From the NCBI GenBank assembly GCA_050250955.1, contig JBFWNR010000003.1:525120-589119 (forward strand): a stretch of 64,000 nucleotides of DNA. The letters run 5' to 3'. The notes under the pieces are model-generated. The model was not told where the DNA came from. It saw nothing but the letters and a program-made list of their open reading frames with translations, and searched no databases. Positions within the stretch are counted from its first letter, which is position 1. Each line of letters starts with the position of its first letter. Source of the stretch: Vicinamibacterales bacterium (GTDB lineage: Bacteria; Acidobacteriota; Vicinamibacteria; Vicinamibacterales; UBA2999). Shown here piece after piece: positions 50,098-58,193 of this stretch. Both the position numbers and the translations under genes were made by a program.

Positions 50098-50164
50098 AGG
50101 GGTCAGACCCCATTCTGGCTCAGGCTGGAATAGGGGTCAGACCCCTTTCAGGGCCGGGCCAGAC
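50098..50164 (+). repeat. Tandem dimer of a roughly 34-nt REP-like palindromic unit (core GGGGTCAGACCCC)
   Basis: The cores are at 50099-50111 and 50133-50145. Each is followed by a (T/A)TTC-N-GG..GGC..AGA tail. The unit recurs at 52458, 58146 and 59650. Confidence 0.85.
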
Positions 50165-50167
50165 TTT

Positions 50168-51394
50168 CTATCGATTCGAGAGGGCGGCGCCCAGTCCCGC
50201 GGCTCGCCCGGTCGACCAGGCCCAGCTGAAATTGTGGCCGCCGATGGGGCCGAACGCGTCCAGCACCTCGCCACAGATGAACAGCCCCGGTGCCCGCCGG
50301 CTCTCGAGCGTCCGCCGATCCACCTCCTCGAGTGCGACGCCACCGCCGGTGACTTCAGCGGTCCGGTAGCCCTCGTCGCCGGTCCACGGCAGCTCGAACG
50401 CCGTGAGCACGAGGCGCAGCGCGGCGCGCTCGTCGCGACGGAGCTGCGCGCAGGTCCGCTCGTCGGGTACGCCGGCCTCGCGCGCGAGCATGGCGGCGAG
50501 CCGCGCCGGGAGGTAGCGGCCGAGGGCGGTCGTCACCCGTCCCCGACCGTCCTGCAACGTCGCCGACCAGTCCGGCGCGTCGGCGCCCAGCCAGGCGACG
50601 CGCACCGTCGCCCGGGTCGCCGCGTCCGGCCACTGGCTGCGGACCGCCACGTGCGACACGTCGAGCACCGCCGGGCCGCTGTAGCCGCGGTGCGTGAACA
50701 GGAAGCCGCCGCGGCCGACCGAGCGTTCGCGTGGCGACGCCGCGTCGAGGCGCACCGGCAGCGAGACGCCGGCCAGCGCGGCGTGCACCGCCGGCGCGGC
50801 CGTGAGCGGTGTGAGCGCCGCGTAGGTGGGCCGCATCGCGTGGCCGAGCGTGCGCGCCAGGACGAGACCGAAGCCATCGCTCCCGGTGGACGGCACCGAC
50901 AGGCCGCCGGTGGCGACGACGACCCGCTCCGCTTCCAGCACGCCCGACGACGCGTGCACGGTCCAGCCATGAGCCCGGGCGGCAACTGCAGAGACGACGC
51001 TGGAGAACCGCAACTCGACGCCGGCGGCGCGGGCCCGGTTCACCAGCGCGTCGCGTACGTCGCGGGCCCGATTCGACGCCGGGAACAGCTTGCCGCTCCC
51101 GGCCTCGAGCGCGAGCGGGACGCCGAGGGCGCCCTCGATGAATCGCCGTTGCTCGCCGAGCGGCCAGTTGCCGAGCACGCTCCGGACCAGCGCCGGTGTC
51201 GATTCGCTGACGAAACGCTGCGGCGCGGCCGCCTCCGGCAGCACGTTGCAGCGCCCGCCGCCGCTGATGAGGATCTTTCGGCCGCCGTCGGCGGTGCGCT
51301 CGACCAGGGTCACCGCGGCGCCAGCCTCGCGCGCCGTGATGGCGGCCATCAACCCCGCCGCGCCGGCGCCGATCACCACCACGCGCCGGGTCAC
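50168..51394 (-). CDS. HI0933/YhiN(BaiN)-family FAD-dependent oxidoreductase
   Basis: I chose the GTG at 51394 (VTRRVVVIGAGAAGLMAA, dinucleotide-binding GxGxxG). Other blocks are GGRKILISGGGRCN and GGHNF. The start is uncertain; the track start is a GTG at 51445. Confidence 0.75.
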   Translation of the reverse strand: MTRRVVVIGAGAAGLMAAITAREAGAAVTLVERTADGGRKILISGGGRCNVLPEAAAPQRFVSESTPALVRSVLGNWPLGEQRRFIEGALGVPLALEAGSGKLFPASNRARDVRDALVNRARAAGVELRFSSVVSAVAARAHGWTVHASSGVLEAERVVVATGGLSVPSTGSDGFGLVLARTLGHAMRPTYAALTPLTAAPAVHAALAGVSLPVRLDAASPRERSVGRGGFLFTHRGYSGPAVLDVSHVAVRSQWPDAATRATVRVAWLGADAPDWSATLQDGRGRVTTALGRYLPARLAAMLAREAGVPDERTCAQLRRDERAALRLVLTAFELPWTGDEGYRTAEVTGGGVALEEVDRRTLESRRAPGLFICGEVLDAFGPIGGHNFSWAWSTGRAAGLGAALSNR

Positions 51395-51529
51395 CGGGCC
51401 CCCCGTCTCGTGTGAACCACGACGCCCGCCCGGAAGGCGGTCCACACGACACTGCGACTGGCGAGGCGAGCCACCTGTGCTCTTTTGTCTGAGGCGGAGC
51501 CTCGCCAGTCATCGTATCGTGGTCGGCGG

Positions 51530-52459
51530 ATGAGCCTCGCCCGGACCGCCCTGCTCAGGATCTCCGACAGCCGGTGGATGCGCGAGCACGGCGTGAAGGC
51601 GCCGTTCGTGCGCCGCGCCGTGGCGGTGTTCATGCCCGGGGAGACCGCCGAGGACATGCTGGCCGCGGCCACCACCCAGGCCACCGACGGCGTCGGCGCC
51701 GTGTTCACGCGGTTGGGCGAGAACGTCCGCGACCTGGACGAAGCGCAGCAGGTCACCGATCACTACCTGGCGGTCGTCGACCAGGTCCAGGCGCGCGGCC
51801 TGGCCTGCGAACCGTCGGTCAAGCTCACCCAGCTCGGGCTCGACGTCGACGCCGACCGCGCCTTCGCCAACGCGCTGGCGATCGGCCGGCGGGCCGACCA
51901 GGCCGGCAACTACTTCTGGGTCGACATGGAGCAGTCGCCCTACGTCGATCGCACGCTCGACGTAGTGTGCCGGCTGCGCGCCGAGGTGCCGCGGATTGGC
52001 GTGGCGCTGCAGGCCTACCTCCATCGCACGGCCGCCGACGTCGAGGCGATGCTCGCGCACGGCATCGGCATCCGCCTGGTGAAGGGCGCCTATGCCGAGC
52101 CGCCGACGATGGCGTTTCCGAAGAAGGCCGACGTCGATGCCGCCTACCTGACGCTCGCCCACCGGATGCTCGCGCCCGACGCCCGCGCCGGCGGCTCACG
52201 CGCCGTGTTCGGCACCCACGACACGGCGATCATCGGCGCCATCGAGCGGCACGGCGACAGTCTGGGGCTGGCGCCGACCGACTACGAGATCCACATGCTG
52301 TACGGCATCCAGCGCGCCGAGCAGCGCCGGCTGGCGCGCGAGCGCCGCAACCTGCGGGTGCTCATCGCCTACGGGACCTACTGGTTCCCGTGGTACATGC
52401 GGCGGCTGGCCGAGCGGCCCGCCAACGTGTGGTTCGTGGCCAAGAGCCTCTTCCGTTGA
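51530..52459 (+). CDS. Proline dehydrogenase family protein
   Basis: I chose the ATG at 51530. The ProDH TIM-barrel blocks are VSVKLTQLG-like (PSVKLTQLGLD), FWVDMEQSPY, IRLVKGAY, FGTHD and HMLYGI. Confidence 0.8.
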   Translation: MSLARTALLRISDSRWMREHGVKAPFVRRAVAVFMPGETAEDMLAAATTQATDGVGAVFTRLGENVRDLDEAQQVTDHYLAVVDQVQARGLACEPSVKLTQLGLDVDADRAFANALAIGRRADQAGNYFWVDMEQSPYVDRTLDVVCRLRAEVPRIGVALQAYLHRTAADVEAMLAHGIGIRLVKGAYAEPPTMAFPKKADVDAAYLTLAHRMLAPDARAGGSRAVFGTHDTAIIGAIERHGDSLGLAPTDYEIHMLYGIQRAEQRRLARERRNLRVLIAYGTYWFPWYMRRLAERPANVWFVAKSLFR

Positions 52460-52493
52460 AAGGGGTCAGACCCCTTTCTGGGCAGGGCCAGAC
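52458..52493 (+). repeat. Single REP-like unit (GAAAGGGGTCAGACCCCTTTCTGGGCAGGGCCAGAC)
   Basis: The core is at 52462-52474. It overlaps the ProDH TGA (52457-52459). It also encodes the last 9 codons and the stop (52466-52468) of the convergent cutC gene. Confidence 0.85.
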
Positions 52494-53173
52494 TGCAGCG
52501 CCACGACGAACTCTTCGATCTGCCGGCGCCAGTCCTCACGGGCCGAGGCGTGCACCGGGCCGGGGTCGCGGATCACGCGCGCGTGGACCGCGCGCACACC
52601 TGTGGCCTGCACCAACGCCGCGACGTTCGTGGCCCGGACCCCGCCGCCCGCGATGACCTGAATCGCCGCCTGGCCGCGACGCACCAGCGAGGCGATGGCC
52701 GCCGCGCCGTCGGCAGCCGTCACCGCGCCCCCCGAGGTGAGGACGCGGTCCACACCCAACGCCATGAGCGCGTCCAGCGACCGCTCGAGATCAGCGGTGG
52801 CGTCGATGGCCCGATGGCAGGTGACCGGCAGCGGCCTGGCCACGTCGACCAGCCGGCGCATCGCTTCGACCGCGATGGTGCGATCGGGGCCGAGCACGCC
52901 GAGCACGATGCCGCGGGCGCCGGCCGCCTGCATGGTCCGGATGTCGGCGGCCATGACGTCGAGCTCGGCGGCGTCGAAGACGAAGTCACCGGCGCGCGGC
53001 CGGACCATCGCCACGACGGGCACCGCCGTGGCGGCGACGATCCGCCGCAGCAATGCCGGGTCCGGGGTGGTACCGCCTACGTCGAGCCGCGCGCACAACT
53101 CGAGACGCGCGGCGCCGCCCATCACCGACGCCAGCGCACCGTCGAACGAGTCGATGCACGACTCGAAGACCAT
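52466..53173 (-). CDS. cutC: Copper-homeostasis protein CutC family
   Basis: I chose the internal ATG at 53173 (MVFESCIDSFDGALASVMGGAARLELC). CutC TIM-barrel blocks are MVRPRAGDFVF, HRAID and VLTSGG. The C-terminal residues ALQSGPAQKGV are encoded by the REP-like unit. Confidence 0.82.
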   Translation of the reverse strand: MVFESCIDSFDGALASVMGGAARLELCARLDVGGTTPDPALLRRIVAATAVPVVAMVRPRAGDFVFDAAELDVMAADIRTMQAAGARGIVLGVLGPDRTIAVEAMRRLVDVARPLPVTCHRAIDATADLERSLDALMALGVDRVLTSGGAVTAADGAAAIASLVRRGQAAIQVIAGGGVRATNVAALVQATGVRAVHARVIRDPGPVHASAREDWRRQIEEFVVALQSGPAQKGV

Positions 53174-53201
53174 CCCGAGAGGGTAGCAGGCCGGACCACC
53201 A

Positions 53202-54464
53202 TCAGCGCCGGCCGGAGGGGAGCACGGCGAGGATCGCCGCGGCGGCGGCCGCGGCGCCGTCTTCGGATCGCACGCGGGTGGCGACGGCCGCCGCATCGTC
53301 GCCGTAGGTCGCGTCTTCGAGCAGCCGCCTCAACTCGCCCGCGACCTTCGCGGCGCGGTACCGCTGTGGATACAACACCCGAGCCGCCCCCAGCCGCTCG
53401 ACGCGGACGGCGTTGTCGGGCTGATCGTGCGCGTGCGGGACGATGAGTTGCGGGCGTCCGCTGCGCATGGCCTGTCCGGTCGTGCCGACGCCGCCCTGGT
53501 GCACGACGACGGAGGCCCGCGGGAACAGCCGGTCGTGCGGCGCGCTCTCGACGGCCATGATCCCGGCGCCGAGGTTCGCCGGCCGGTTCGCCGGCCTCGG
53601 CCCCACCAGCAGCACGGCGCGGCGGCCGAGCGCCTGCGCCGCCCGGGCGCTTTCCTCGAAGAAGCTGCCGGCGGCGTTGACCGCGGCCGAGCCCAGGGTG
53701 AATACGATCGGCGGCTCGCCGGCGTCGAGGAACGCCGCCAGCTCGTCGGGCATCGGGATCGCGCGGTTGTAGAAGGGGAAGCCGGTGACGGTGGTGCGCG
53801 CCGGCCAGTCCGGCTGCACGTCGCCAAGCGCCGTCGAGAACAGCGCGAGGGTGCCGTGCGGCGAGAACTGGCCCTCGTACAACGGGTCGCCGGCCGGCGG
53901 CAGGCCGAGCTCGGCGCGCAGCGCCTCCACCGGCGCCACCCACGACGCGGTGATGCGCCGGGCGATGGCCATCAGGGCGCGAGCGGCCCACGGAAAGCGG
54001 CGCGTGATGCGCACCACCTGCGGCGCGTTGGGCAACGCGGGGAAGTCGCTCATCGAGAAGAACGACAGCGGCGCCAGCACCGTCGCCAGCCACGGCAGGC
54101 CCCGGCTCTCGGCCACCAACGGCGCCGCGAACGTGATCGGGTGCGAGACCAGCAGGTCGGCGCCGGCAGCGGCCGCCGCGATGTCGTCGACGGTCTGGCC
54201 GAGCGCGCCGACGACCAGCTCCCTGATGATCACCTCGGAGCCGCGCCGCGGGTCCATGATCCGCGACAGCAGCGCCGTGTCGTCGGGCCGGACGTCGGGC
54301 CGCAGCGGGTGGAACCCGAAACCTTCCCGCTCGACGATCTCGCGATAGAAGGGACACGTGCAGAGCTCGGCGGTGTGCCCACCGGCCCTGAGCGCCGTGG
54401 CGATCGCCAGGTAAGGGAAGAGATCCCCGTAGGATCCCCAGCTCGACAGGACGATCCGCGCCAC
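53202..54464 (-). CDS. GT1-family glycosyltransferase (UDP-glycosyltransferase/MGT-like)
   Basis: It starts at a GTG. The N-terminal block is SSWGSYGDLFPYLAIATAL. The C-terminal nucleotide-sugar motif is VVHQGGVGTTGQAMRSGRPQLIVPHAHDQPDNA. Confidence 0.82.
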   Translation of the reverse strand: MARIVLSSWGSYGDLFPYLAIATALRAGGHTAELCTCPFYREIVEREGFGFHPLRPDVRPDDTALLSRIMDPRRGSEVIIRELVVGALGQTVDDIAAAAAGADLLVSHPITFAAPLVAESRGLPWLATVLAPLSFFSMSDFPALPNAPQVVRITRRFPWAARALMAIARRITASWVAPVEALRAELGLPPAGDPLYEGQFSPHGTLALFSTALGDVQPDWPARTTVTGFPFYNRAIPMPDELAAFLDAGEPPIVFTLGSAAVNAAGSFFEESARAAQALGRRAVLLVGPRPANRPANLGAGIMAVESAPHDRLFPRASVVVHQGGVGTTGQAMRSGRPQLIVPHAHDQPDNAVRVERLGAARVLYPQRYRAAKVAGELRRLLEDATYGDDAAAVATRVRSEDGAAAAAAAILAVLPSGRR

Positions 54465-54491
54465 GCGCGGATCAGCGTATCAAGCCCGGCG

Positions 54492-55016
54492 CTACCAGCC
54501 CTCGCGGGCGCGCAGCGCGGTGATGTGCGCGGTGTGATGGCGGCTGTGCCATTCGTACAGGGCCAGGTAGGCGTCCAGCGTCATCGCGCCGCGCTCGGGG
54601 TGGAACAGCGTGCGGGCGAACGCCGGTGCGTCGAGGCCGCGCAGCACGGTCACCAGGCGGGCGTGCAGCGCGTCGAGCAGGTCGAGCGACCAGGCCACCG
54701 GCGCCGAGCGCGCATCGGTGAGCTCGGCCCACACCGCCTCGGCGTAGGGCTTGATGGTCGGGTTGTCCTCGGTCAGGGCGAACTTCAGCCGGATGTAGGC
54801 ATGCGTGTGGCTGTCGGCGGTGTGGTGCACCACCTGCCGCACGGTCCAGCCGTCGGGCCGGTACGGCGTGTCGAGCTGCGCATCGCCCAGGCCGGCGCAG
54901 GCCAGACGCAGCCGCGCCGGCAGTTCGGCCAGCGTGCGGATGGCGGCGGCGCGGTCGGCCGCGGTGAAGGTGGACGGCGGGGCGAATTCCCCGACAGGGT
55001 AGCGGAGGTCGGCCAT
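54492..55016 (-). CDS. DinB/YfiT-family metal-dependent protein
   Basis: I chose the internal ATG at 55016 (MADLRYPVGEF). His-triad blocks are VVHHTADSHTHAY and WHSRHHTAHI. The rest of track ORF 54492-56618 is antisense to the GlxA gene. Confidence 0.78.
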   Translation of the reverse strand: MADLRYPVGEFAPPSTFTAADRAAAIRTLAELPARLRLACAGLGDAQLDTPYRPDGWTVRQVVHHTADSHTHAYIRLKFALTEDNPTIKPYAEAVWAELTDARSAPVAWSLDLLDALHARLVTVLRGLDAPAFARTLFHPERGAMTLDAYLALYEWHSRHHTAHITALRAREGW

Positions 55017-55088
55017 GCCGGACAGTGTGCGCGCCAGCGGCGGCCGGCGTCGAGTGGCAGGAATGCCAGGAGACGTTAAGATCCGGCC

Positions 55089-56066
55089 ATGCCCGCCCGC
55101 CGCCCGCCCGGTCCCGCCAACCGCCTGGTCGTCGCCCTGGTGTGCGACGGCCTGAGCCTGTTCGAGTTCGGCATCGTCGCCGAGGTGTTCGCGCTGCGCC
55201 GGCCCGAACTGGGGGTGCCGTGGTACGACTTCGCCGTGGTCAGCTACGACCCCCCGCCGCTCAGGGCCACCGGCGGCGTCCGAGTGCTGCCGACCCACCC
55301 GGTGCGACTGCTGGCCCGGGCCGGCACCATCGTCATCCCCAACTGGCGCGACCTCGACGAAGTGCCGCCGCCGGCGATGCTCACCGCCCTCCGGGCCGCC
55401 CATCGGCGCGGCGCGCGGCTGCTCTCGGTGTGCTCCGGGGCCTTCGTCCTCGCCGCGGCCGGCCTGCTCGACGGCCGACGTGCCACGACGCACTGGCGCC
55501 ACGCGCCGACGCTGGCCGCGAGGTATCCGGCCGTGCGCGTCGAGCCGTCGGTGCTCTACGTGGAGGACGATCGCGTCTACACCGCGGCCGGCAGCGCCGC
55601 GGGGATCGACCTGGGGCTGCACCTGGTGCGCCAGGACTACGGCTCGGCGATCGCCAACCAGGTGGCGCGGCGGATGGTGGTGCCGCCCCACCGCGACGGC
55701 GGCCAGGCCCAGTTCGTGGCCAACGCGATGCCGCCGCCCGCCGGGTCGCTGGCGCCGCTCATGGAATGGGCCAGCGGCCGCCTCGACGAGCCGCTCGACG
55801 CCGCGGCCCTCGCCCGCAAGGGCCGCGTGTCGCCGCGGACGCTGGCGCGACGTTTCGCGCAGCAGGCCGGCACCACGCCGCACCAGTGGCTCACCCACCA
55901 GCGGGTGCTGGCCGCGCAGCGCCTGCTCGAGACCTCCGACGCCTCGATCGACCGCGTCGCCGAACTGGCCGGCTTCGCCACGCCCGAGACGCTGCGCCAC
56001 CATTTCCGGCGCCGCGTCGGCACCTCGCCGGGAGCGTATCGGCGGCGGTTTGCGCAGTCCGTCTAG
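55089..56066 (+). CDS. GlxA-family transcriptional regulator (DJ-1/PfpI-like domain + AraC HTH)
   Basis: The N-terminal block is VCDGLSLFEFGIVAEVF...SVCSGAFVLAAAGLLDGRRATTHW. The C-terminal AraC HTH is SIDRVAELAGFATPETLRHHFRRRVGTSPGAYRRRF. Confidence 0.88.
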   Translation: MPARRPPGPANRLVVALVCDGLSLFEFGIVAEVFALRRPELGVPWYDFAVVSYDPPPLRATGGVRVLPTHPVRLLARAGTIVIPNWRDLDEVPPPAMLTALRAAHRRGARLLSVCSGAFVLAAAGLLDGRRATTHWRHAPTLAARYPAVRVEPSVLYVEDDRVYTAAGSAAGIDLGLHLVRQDYGSAIANQVARRMVVPPHRDGGQAQFVANAMPPPAGSLAPLMEWASGRLDEPLDAAALARKGRVSPRTLARRFAQQAGTTPHQWLTHQRVLAAQRLLETSDASIDRVAELAGFATPETLRHHFRRRVGTSPGAYRRRFAQSV

Positions 56067-56719
56067 CGCGGCGCGGATCGCTCGTGACCACGCGGCCGCC
56101 GGTCGATCCAGTGCGCCCACGGCACGAGCAGCCAGAGCAGCTGCGCCGACCACGCCACCACGAGGCCCGACGGCGGCGGGGGCCCGACCAGATTGGCGAC
56201 GTAGACCACCGCGAGGAAGCCGACCAGTCCCCACAACGCCGGCCGCGCCGGCACCGCACGACGATACACCCAGACGCCGGCGGCGAAGATCAGCGACTCG
56301 ACCATCACCGTGGCGGGCACATGGTTCCAGAGGCCGAGACCGACGCGCGCCTCGCCGGTGAGGGTCAGCGGCAGATCGGGTCGATGCGTCAGCCAGTCGA
56401 GCACCCAGTGGCTGAGGACCAGCGCCGCCACCGTCGCGGCGGCGACAGGGACGGCACGACGAACGCCCCGGTAGGCGGCGCCGACGAGCACCGCCCACGC
56501 CGTGAGTGCGACCAGGCTGTGGGAGTACGGATAGCGCACGAAGGTGAGCGGCGTGAACGCCGTGTCGCCGGGCTGCACCACGACGATCTCGACGCCGCTC
56601 ATGACCAGCGTCGGCCACAGCAGGTCGGCGAACTGCGCGGCGAAGACCAGCATGCCGAGCGAGGCCGTGGGCGCCAGCCGCTTGGCGGCGAACGCCACGC
56701 CGTAGTGGCCGATGAACAC
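56063..56719 (-). CDS. Integral membrane protein, possibly a YdjM/DUF457-like metal-dependent hydrolase
   Basis: It starts at a GTG (VFIGHYGVAFAAKRL) and has 6-7 hydrophobic helices. The family call is tentative. Confidence 0.45.
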   Translation of the reverse strand: MFIGHYGVAFAAKRLAPTASLGMLVFAAQFADLLWPTLVMSGVEIVVVQPGDTAFTPLTFVRYPYSHSLVALTAWAVLVGAAYRGVRRAVPVAAATVAALVLSHWVLDWLTHRPDLPLTLTGEARVGLGLWNHVPATVMVESLIFAAGVWVYRRAVPARPALWGLVGFLAVVYVANLVGPPPPSGLVVAWSAQLLWLLVPWAHWIDRRPRGHERSAPR

Positions 56720-56726
56720 CGTGGCC

Positions 56727-58193
56727 TCAGCGCATTACATCGTCGACGGGCACGATCGTCACCGGGCCGAGCGCGGTGGCCCGCACCGGCGCCTCGATGA
56801 CGGCGCGGTCGCCGACGATCACCACGGCGAGCCGATCCATCAGCAGGTAGGTCTTGGCGACGCGGGCCATGTCCGCGGCGGTGACCGCCTGCACCTCGCT
56901 CACGTACTTCGAGAACACGTCGTCGGGGAGGCCGTTCACGGCGATCTCCTCGAGCTTGGCCGCCAGCTGGCCGGTGGTCTCGAACTCGCCCGGGAAGGAG
57001 AGCGCGGCGTAGTTCTTCGCCTTGTCGAGCTCGTCGGCCGGGATCGGCCGGGCCATGCCGTTCAGCTCGTTGAAGAACTCGCGCAGCGCGTCGGCGGTCT
57101 TGTCGGTCTGCACGCCGGCAGTGGCGAAGAACGGCCCGGCCGCCTTGCGCATGTCGAAGCGCGACGCCGCGCCGTAGGAGTAGCCGTTCTTCTCGCGCAG
57201 GTTCTGGTTCAGCCGCGCGGTGAACGAGCCGCCGAGGATGGTGTTCCAGACGTCGAGGGCGACGTAGTCGGGTGTCGATCGCGGCACGCCGACCAGGCCG
57301 ATGCGGATCTGGGACTGCGCGGCGCCGGGTTTGTCGACGATGTAGATCCGACGCGCGCCCGGCTGCGGCGACGCCCGCACCGGAAACGGCGGCGCCGCCG
57401 GGCCAGCCGCCTTCCACGCGCCGAACCGCGCCTCGACCAGCGGCCGCAGCGTGGGGAGCGTGACGTCGCCGACCACGATCAGCACGGCGTTGTCGGGGCG
57501 ATAGTGGCCGCGGTGGAAGGTGCGCAGCTGGTCCACGGTCAACGCTTTCAGGGACGTCTCGGTGCCGTTGGCCGAGGTGCCGTAGCGGTGCTCGGGGCCG
57601 TAGAGCAGGCGCGGGAAGGCGAGTCCGATGAGCGCCTGCGGTTCGTCGCGGGCCTGCAGCAGCGCGGTGAGGCGCTCGGTGCGCAGCCGGTCCAGCTCCG
57701 GCCCGGGGAAGTCGGGCATCAGGGCGACATCGGCGAGCAGTCCCAACGCCTCGGGCAGACGGGCGGCCGGGGTCGACATCCGCACGGTCGAGGCATCGAA
57801 GCTGGCCGTCGTGGAGAGCTGCGCCCCGAGGTACTCGACCTCGTCGGCCAGGGCCAGCGCGGCCTTGCCGGCCGCCCCTTCGTCGAGCATCGCCGCGGTC
57901 ATGGCGGCGGCCCCGAACTGGCCAGGCACGTCGGCGCTGGCCCCCGAGAGCACCACCAGGTTGGCCTGCACCAGCGGCACCTCGTGATGCTCGAGCAGCC
58001 ACACGCGCAGGCCGTTGGCCAGCGTCAGCTTCTCGACGGTCGGCAGCGTCAGCGCCGGCGCCGGGCCGGGCGTCGGCGGCTTCGAGCGGTCCGGCGCCTG
58101 CTGCGCGGCCAGCGGAAGAGCCAACGCGACAACCAGCGTTGACAAAGTCGCCGCCCGCCCAGAAAGGGGTCTGACCCCTGTACAGGCGTTCAC
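56727..58193 (-). CDS. M16-family peptidase-like protein (lacks HxxEH; presumed non-catalytic partner subunit)
   Basis: It has M16 domain architecture with a signal peptide. The GTG at 58193 overlaps the upstream stop as GTGA. The first 15 or so codons are encoded by a REP-like unit, so the true start is uncertain. Confidence 0.78.
   Translation of the reverse strand: MNACTGVRPLSGRAATLSTLVVALALPLAAQQAPDRSKPPTPGPAPALTLPTVEKLTLANGLRVWLLEHHEVPLVQANLVVLSGASADVPGQFGAAAMTAAMLDEGAAGKAALALADEVEYLGAQLSTTASFDASTVRMSTPAARLPEALGLLADVALMPDFPGPELDRLRTERLTALLQARDEPQALIGLAFPRLLYGPEHRYGTSANGTETSLKALTVDQLRTFHRGHYRPDNAVLIVVGDVTLPTLRPLVEARFGAWKAAGPAAPPFPVRASPQPGARRIYIVDKPGAAQSQIRIGLVGVPRSTPDYVALDVWNTILGGSFTARLNQNLREKNGYSYGAASRFDMRKAAGPFFATAGVQTDKTADALREFFNELNGMARPIPADELDKAKNYAALSFPGEFETTGQLAAKLEEIAVNGLPDDVFSKYVSEVQAVTAADMARVAKTYLLMDRLAVVIVGDRAVIEAPVRATALGPVTIVPVDDVMR
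58146..58180 (-). repeat. Single REP-like unit inside the 5' end of the M16 partner gene
   Basis: The reverse complement reads AGGGGTCAGACCCCTTTCTGGGCGGGCGGCGACT, with the core at 58166-58178. It matches the unit consensus of the other copies. Confidence 0.8.

Noticed and set aside
50098-50164. The direct repeats of about 34 nt (here and at 59650-59716) might be a mini CRISPR array.
   Set aside because: There are only two units per site. They are directly adjacent with no unique spacers, strongly palindromic and scattered at gene ends. No cas genes are in the window. The pattern fits REP/BIME-like elements instead.
54492-56618. A 708-aa ORF suggesting a large protein ending in a DinB domain.
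   Set aside because: Only the last 174 codons (from the ATG at 55016) look like a real protein. The upstream part is antisense to the GlxA regulator gene, which has clear DJ-1 and AraC HTH motifs.
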